28,598 nt of DNA from an uncultured Demequinaceae bacterium (lineage in GTDB: Bacteria > Actinomycetota > Actinomycetes > Actinomycetales > Demequinaceae), in NCBI GenBank assembly GCA_964438525.1, contig CAYTLH010000017.1, positions 1-28,598 of the forward strand. The letters run 5' to 3'. This document shows positions 25,169 to 28,598 of the stretch, piece by piece. The notes under the pieces are model-generated. The model saw only the letters and a list, made by a program, of their open reading frames with translations, was not told where the DNA came from and searched no databases. Each line of letters opens with the position of its first letter. Positions within the stretch are counted from its first letter, which is position 1. A program made the position numbers and the translations under genes.

Positions 25169-26471
25169 AGTCGGCCCCCAGCGCGGTGAGCTTGCCGCGG
25201 AAGCCCTCGTATCCACGGTCGATGACCCCGATGCCCTTGACCGTGGAGGTGCCGGAGGCCACGAGAGCCGCGATGAGCTGGCTGAACCCGCCCCTGAGAT
25301 CGGGAACCTCGATGTTAGCCGCCTGGAGCGGGGTCGGACCGGAGATGGCCGCGGAGTGGAGGAAGTTCCTCTGGCCGAACCGGCAGGCCGTGTCGCCCAG
25401 GCACTCCCGATACAACTGGATGGTCGCTCCCATCTTGACGAGCGCCTCCGTGAAGCCAAACCGCTGCTCGTATACCGTCTCGTGAACGATGCTCAGCCCC
25501 GTGGCCTGGGTCAGGGCGACGACCATCGGCTGCTGCCAGTCGGTCATGAATCCGGGATGGACGTCGGTCTGGATGGCGATGGCCTTGAGATCGCCCCCGG
25601 GGTGATAGAAGCGGATCCCGTCGTTGACGACGTCGAACTCGCCCCCGACCTTCCGGAACACGTTGAGGAACGTCCCCATGGTGCGTTGCTGAGCCCCGTG
25701 GACCAAGACGTCCCCCTTGGTCGCGAGGGCGGCCGAGGCCCACGAGGCCGCCTCGATGCGATCGGACAGGGCGGTGTGATCGAATCCCCGCATAGTCTCC
25801 ACCCCCTCGATCGTGATGGAACGATCGGTGTCGACGGAGATGATCGCCCCCATCTTCTGGAGGGTGTCGATGAGATCCTTGATCTCGGGCTCGACGGCGG
25901 CGTTCTCCAACCGGGTGATGCCATCCGCCTTCACGGCGGTGAGGAGAAGCTGCTCGGTGGCGCCGACACTCGGATACGACAGGCGGTGCTTGATCCCCGT
26001 GAGCCCTTTGGGCGCCTTGAGCTGAAGTCCGTCACCGACCACCTTGGTCTTCGCCCCGAACTTCTCGAGGATTTCGAGGTGGAAGTCGACGAGGCGCTCG
26101 CCGATCCGGCAGCCACCCAGATCGGGTATGACGGCCTCGCCGAGGCGATGGAGGAGGGGGCCGCAGAAGAGGATGGGGATCCGGCTGGTGCCCGCGTGGG
26201 CGGAGATGTCGCCGATCTTGGCGGGGCGGATCTGGGCGGGGTCGACGGTGAGGTCACCGCTCGCGGCGTCGTAGGCGACGGATGCCCCCTGGAGCTCGAG
26301 CAGGTCGGCGACGATGGTGACGTCGAGGATCTCGGGAACGTTGCGGAGGGTCGAGGCAGTGTCTCCGAGGAGTGCGGCCACCATCGCCTTGGAAACGAAG
26401 TTCTTCGCCCCTCGGACGGTGATCTCGCCCGTCAGGGGCTTGCCACCGGTGATGCGGAGGGAATCGCTCAT
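25161..26471 (-). CDS. murA: UDP-N-acetylglucosamine 1-carboxyvinyltransferase
   Basis: GAKNFVSK, LGGCRIGER (Cys121), SVGATE, EPEI, DRIEA, PGFMTDWQQ, DLRGGFS, RGYE. Start reassigned to ATG 26471. Confidence 0.96.
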   Translation of the reverse strand: MSDSLRITGGKPLTGEITVRGAKNFVSKAMVAALLGDTASTLRNVPEILDVTIVADLLELQGASVAYDAASGDLTVDPAQIRPAKIGDISAHAGTSRIPILFCGPLLHRLGEAVIPDLGGCRIGERLVDFHLEILEKFGAKTKVVGDGLQLKAPKGLTGIKHRLSYPSVGATEQLLLTAVKADGITRLENAAVEPEIKDLIDTLQKMGAIISVDTDRSITIEGVETMRGFDHTALSDRIEAASWASAALATKGDVLVHGAQQRTMGTFLNVFRKVGGEFDVVNDGIRFYHPGGDLKAIAIQTDVHPGFMTDWQQPMVVALTQATGLSIVHETVYEQRFGFTEALVKMGATIQLYRECLGDTACRFGQRNFLHSAAISGPTPLQAANIEVPDLRGGFSQLIAALVASGTSTVKGIGVIDRGYEGFRGKLTALGADFA

Positions 26472-26483
26472 GGTCCTATCGTG
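26472..26483 (-). promoter_or_regulatory. Likely leaderless promoter of murA
   Basis: Minus strand CACGAT-aggacc-ATG. Confidence 0.45.
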
Positions 26484-26649
26484 CCCTATGCCGGTCATGC
26501 CCCATACCTGGGGTTGGGGACGCCAGCCGCCCCAACCGACACTACCCCAGGGACCGGGCGCAGAACCAAGGGGTGACACCCGTGTTGAGACCGATCCCGC
26601 TGACGCCGGCCGCCGGGCGATAAGAACGCAGGACGACTAGAGTCAAGGC

Positions 26650-26922
26650 GTGGTTGGCAAGGAGGCTCTCGGAGCGCTCGCGGTGGCGGCCGGCGTGGCC
26701 GTCGTCGCGGCTGGGGCCGCGTACGGCGTTCACTCGTTGGTGAGGACTGACTCTTCGGCTGGGGGTTCGGGGCCTGAGCCCTCGCCGCGCCCGTCCGCCG
26801 ACTCCGAGCCGTGGTCGAGTCCGTCGCCATCGTTCATCCCGTCCCCGAGCCCGACGATCATTCCATCCCCGAGTCCGGCGATCATCCCCTCGCCCACGGC
26901 CTTCCCCTCTCCGATGTCGTGA
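26650..26922 (+). CDS. Small membrane-anchored Pro/Ser-rich protein, 90 aa
   Basis: Hydrophobic N-terminus ALGALAVAAGVAVVAAGAAYGV followed by SPSP repeats; leaderless pattern TAGAGT (26638-26643)-caaggc-GTG. Confidence 0.6.
   Translation: MVGKEALGALAVAAGVAVVAAGAAYGVHSLVRTDSSAGGSGPEPSPRPSADSEPWSSPSPSFIPSPSPTIIPSPSPAIIPSPTAFPSPMS
26818..26916 (+). repeat. Imperfect 24-nt (8-aa) coding tandem repeat SPSPxxIP
   Basis: SPSPSFIP-SPSPTIIP-SPSPAIIP-SPTAFP-SP. Confidence 0.7.
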
Positions 26923-26978
26923 CGCGATCGCCACCTGACCGTCGCCATCGCGTCCCCCGAGGGATTCGCTCCTGACTA

Positions 26979-27617
26979 CTATTTCGCAGGGCGGGCGCTC
27001 TCGACCTTCGCCGACGGGAGGTGCTTGGCCGGCAGGGTTGCCGGGCGCCAGGACTCCCGTTTCGCCTCGTAGGCCGCGATCTCGTCCTCGCGGGAGAGGG
27101 TGAGGGCGATGTCGTCCAACCCCTCGATGAGGCGCCATCGGGTGTAGTCGTCGATGCGGAACGGGATCGTGACATCTCCCGCGGAGATCGTCCGATCCTC
27201 GAGGGACACGGTCAAGGTGCGACCCGGCTCCTCCTCGACGAGCTTCCACAGGAGCTCGATGTCGCCCTGATCGGCCTCGGCTGTTACGAGCCCCTGCTTG
27301 CCGGAGTTCCCCCGGAAGATGTCCGCGAATCGACTCGAGACGACCACCTTGAACCCGTAGTCCTTAAGGGCCCAGACGGCATGCTCGCGGCTGGAGCCGG
27401 TACCGAAGTCCGGGCCCGCGAGAAGGATGGATCCACCCGCGTACTCGGGATTGTTGAGGATGAAGTCGGGGTCGGATCGCCAGGCGGAGAAGAGGCCGTC
27501 CTCGAAGCCCGTGCGGGTGACCCGCTTGAGGTACACGGCGGGGATGATCTGGTCGGTGTCGACGTTCGAGCGCTTGAGGGGGACGGCGACGCCGGTGTGG
27601 GTGGCGAACTTCTCCAT
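26979..27617 (-). CDS. leuD: 3-isopropylmalate dehydratase small subunit
   Basis: [43 protein letters not shown]. Start reassigned to ATG 27617 (AGGAGG RBS). Confidence 0.97.
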   Translation of the reverse strand: MEKFATHTGVAVPLKRSNVDTDQIIPAVYLKRVTRTGFEDGLFSAWRSDPDFILNNPEYAGGSILLAGPDFGTGSSREHAVWALKDYGFKVVVSSRFADIFRGNSGKQGLVTAEADQGDIELLWKLVEEEPGRTLTVSLEDRTISAGDVTIPFRIDDYTRWRLIEGLDDIALTLSREDEIAAYEAKRESWRPATLPAKHLPSAKVESARPAK

Positions 27618-27619
27618 GT

Positions 27620-28598
27620 CTAGGCCTCCTGGGCGAGGTCGGCGGGTCCGGACAGGGTGCCTCGGACGGCGGTGGCGGCGGCGACCAGGGGGGAGACGAG
27701 GTGGGTGCGCCCTCCCTTGCCCTGGCGGCCTTCGAAGTTCCGGTTCGAGGTCGACGCGGCTCTCTCCCCGGGTTGGAGTTGGTCGGGGTTCATCCCGAGG
27801 CACATCGAGCAGCCAGCGTTGCGCCACTCGGCCCCAAAATCCATGAAGACGGTGTCGAGGCCCTCGGCTTCGGCTTCGAGCCGGACCCGGGCGCTACCGG
27901 GAACGACGAGCATCCGAACCCCCTCGGCTTTGGTGCGCCCCTTGAGGAGGGCGGCGGCGGCGCGGAGATCCTCGAGGCGCCCGTTGGTGCACGAGCCGAG
28001 GAATACGGTGTCGACGGAGATCTCCTTGAGAGGAGTCCCGGGTTCGAGCCCCATGTAGTCGAGGGCCTTGGCGGCGGCCTCCCGATCGGTCGGGTCGTCG
28101 AAGGACTCGGGGTTCGGCACCGAGCCGCTGAGGGGAAGCCCCTGGCCGGGGTTCGTCCCCCACGTGACGAAGGGCTCCAGGTCGGCGGCCTCGAGGGTGA
28201 CCTCGGCGTCGAAGGCCGCGTCGTCGTCCGTGACCAGCGTTCCCCAGAACGCGAGGGCCTCGTCCCAGTCCTTGCCGGTCGGGGCGTGCGGGCGGTCTTT
28301 GACGTACTCGAACGTCGTTTCATCGGGGGCGATGAGTCCCGCACGGGCGCCGGCCTCGATGGACATGTTGCACACGGTCATCCGCGCCTCCATCGACAGG
28401 GCCCGGATGGCCTCGCCCCGATACTCCAGGACGTATCCCTGTCCCCCGCCCGTCCCGATCTTGGCGATGACGGCGAGAATGATGTCCTTGGCGGTCGCCC
28501 CCTCCGGAAGGGTTCCGACGACGTTGACGGCCATGGTCTTGAAGGGCCTGAGCGGCAAGGTCTGGGTTGCGAGGACGTGCTCGACCTCTGAGGTTCCG
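27620..28598 (-). CDS. leuC: 3-isopropylmalate dehydratase large subunit, 5'-truncated by the window edge
   Basis: [14 protein letters not shown] at the edge, [45 protein letters not shown]. Confidence 0.97.
   Translation of the reverse strand, partial: GTSEVEHVLATQTLPLRPFKTMAVNVVGTLPEGATAKDIILAVIAKIGTGGGQGYVLEYRGEAIRALSMEARMTVCNMSIEAGARAGLIAPDETTFEYVKDRPHAPTGKDWDEALAFWGTLVTDDDAAFDAEVTLEAADLEPFVTWGTNPGQGLPLSGSVPNPESFDDPTDREAAAKALDYMGLEPGTPLKEISVDTVFLGSCTNGRLEDLRAAAALLKGRTKAEGVRMLVVPGSARVRLEAEAEGLDTVFMDFGAEWRNAGCSMCLGMNPDQLQPGERAASTSNRNFEGRQGKGGRTHLVSPLVAAATAVRGTLSGPADLAQEA

Noticed and set aside
26818-26916. CRISPR-like array
   Set aside because: Units are degenerate, have no unique spacers, keep the reading frame of a Pro/Ser repeat, and no cas genes are present.
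26921-26954. GACGCGAT...ATCGCGTC inverted repeat between the small ORF and leuD as a terminator
   Set aside because: 18-nt loop and no U tract on either strand; too weak to call.

Overview
High-GC actinobacterial chromosomal window (Micrococcales/Actinomycetales-like, inferred from gene order and leaderless promoters). From 10.2 kb to the right end it is the conserved housekeeping block leuC-leuD-murA-plsC-gpsA-ddl-thiL / rpmB / DAK2-recG-rsmD-coaD-yceD-rpmF-rnc, mostly on the minus strand. Three places interrupt it: an APH-family kinase, a stand-alone TPR protein and a cellobiose 2-epimerase-like gene between recG and rsmD; a hypothetical protein with a basic tail between thiL and ddl; and a small Pro/Ser-rich membrane protein between murA and leuD. 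The left 10 kb is the most notable part. A cydABDC cytochrome bd operon runs directly into a DosS/DevS-like heme-GAF histidine kinase, which converges on a DosR/DevR-like regulator with interlocked stop codons. Upstream of that regulator are two tandem paralogous DUF4015-like glycoside hydrolase genes that share an identical 21-nt promoter/start element. At least nine genes have a -10 hexamer exactly 6 nt before the start codon, the leaderless pattern, and I used this to correct several ORF-track starts. I found no tRNA, rRNA, CRISPR array, integrase or IS. All family calls come from motif recognition, not database searches.
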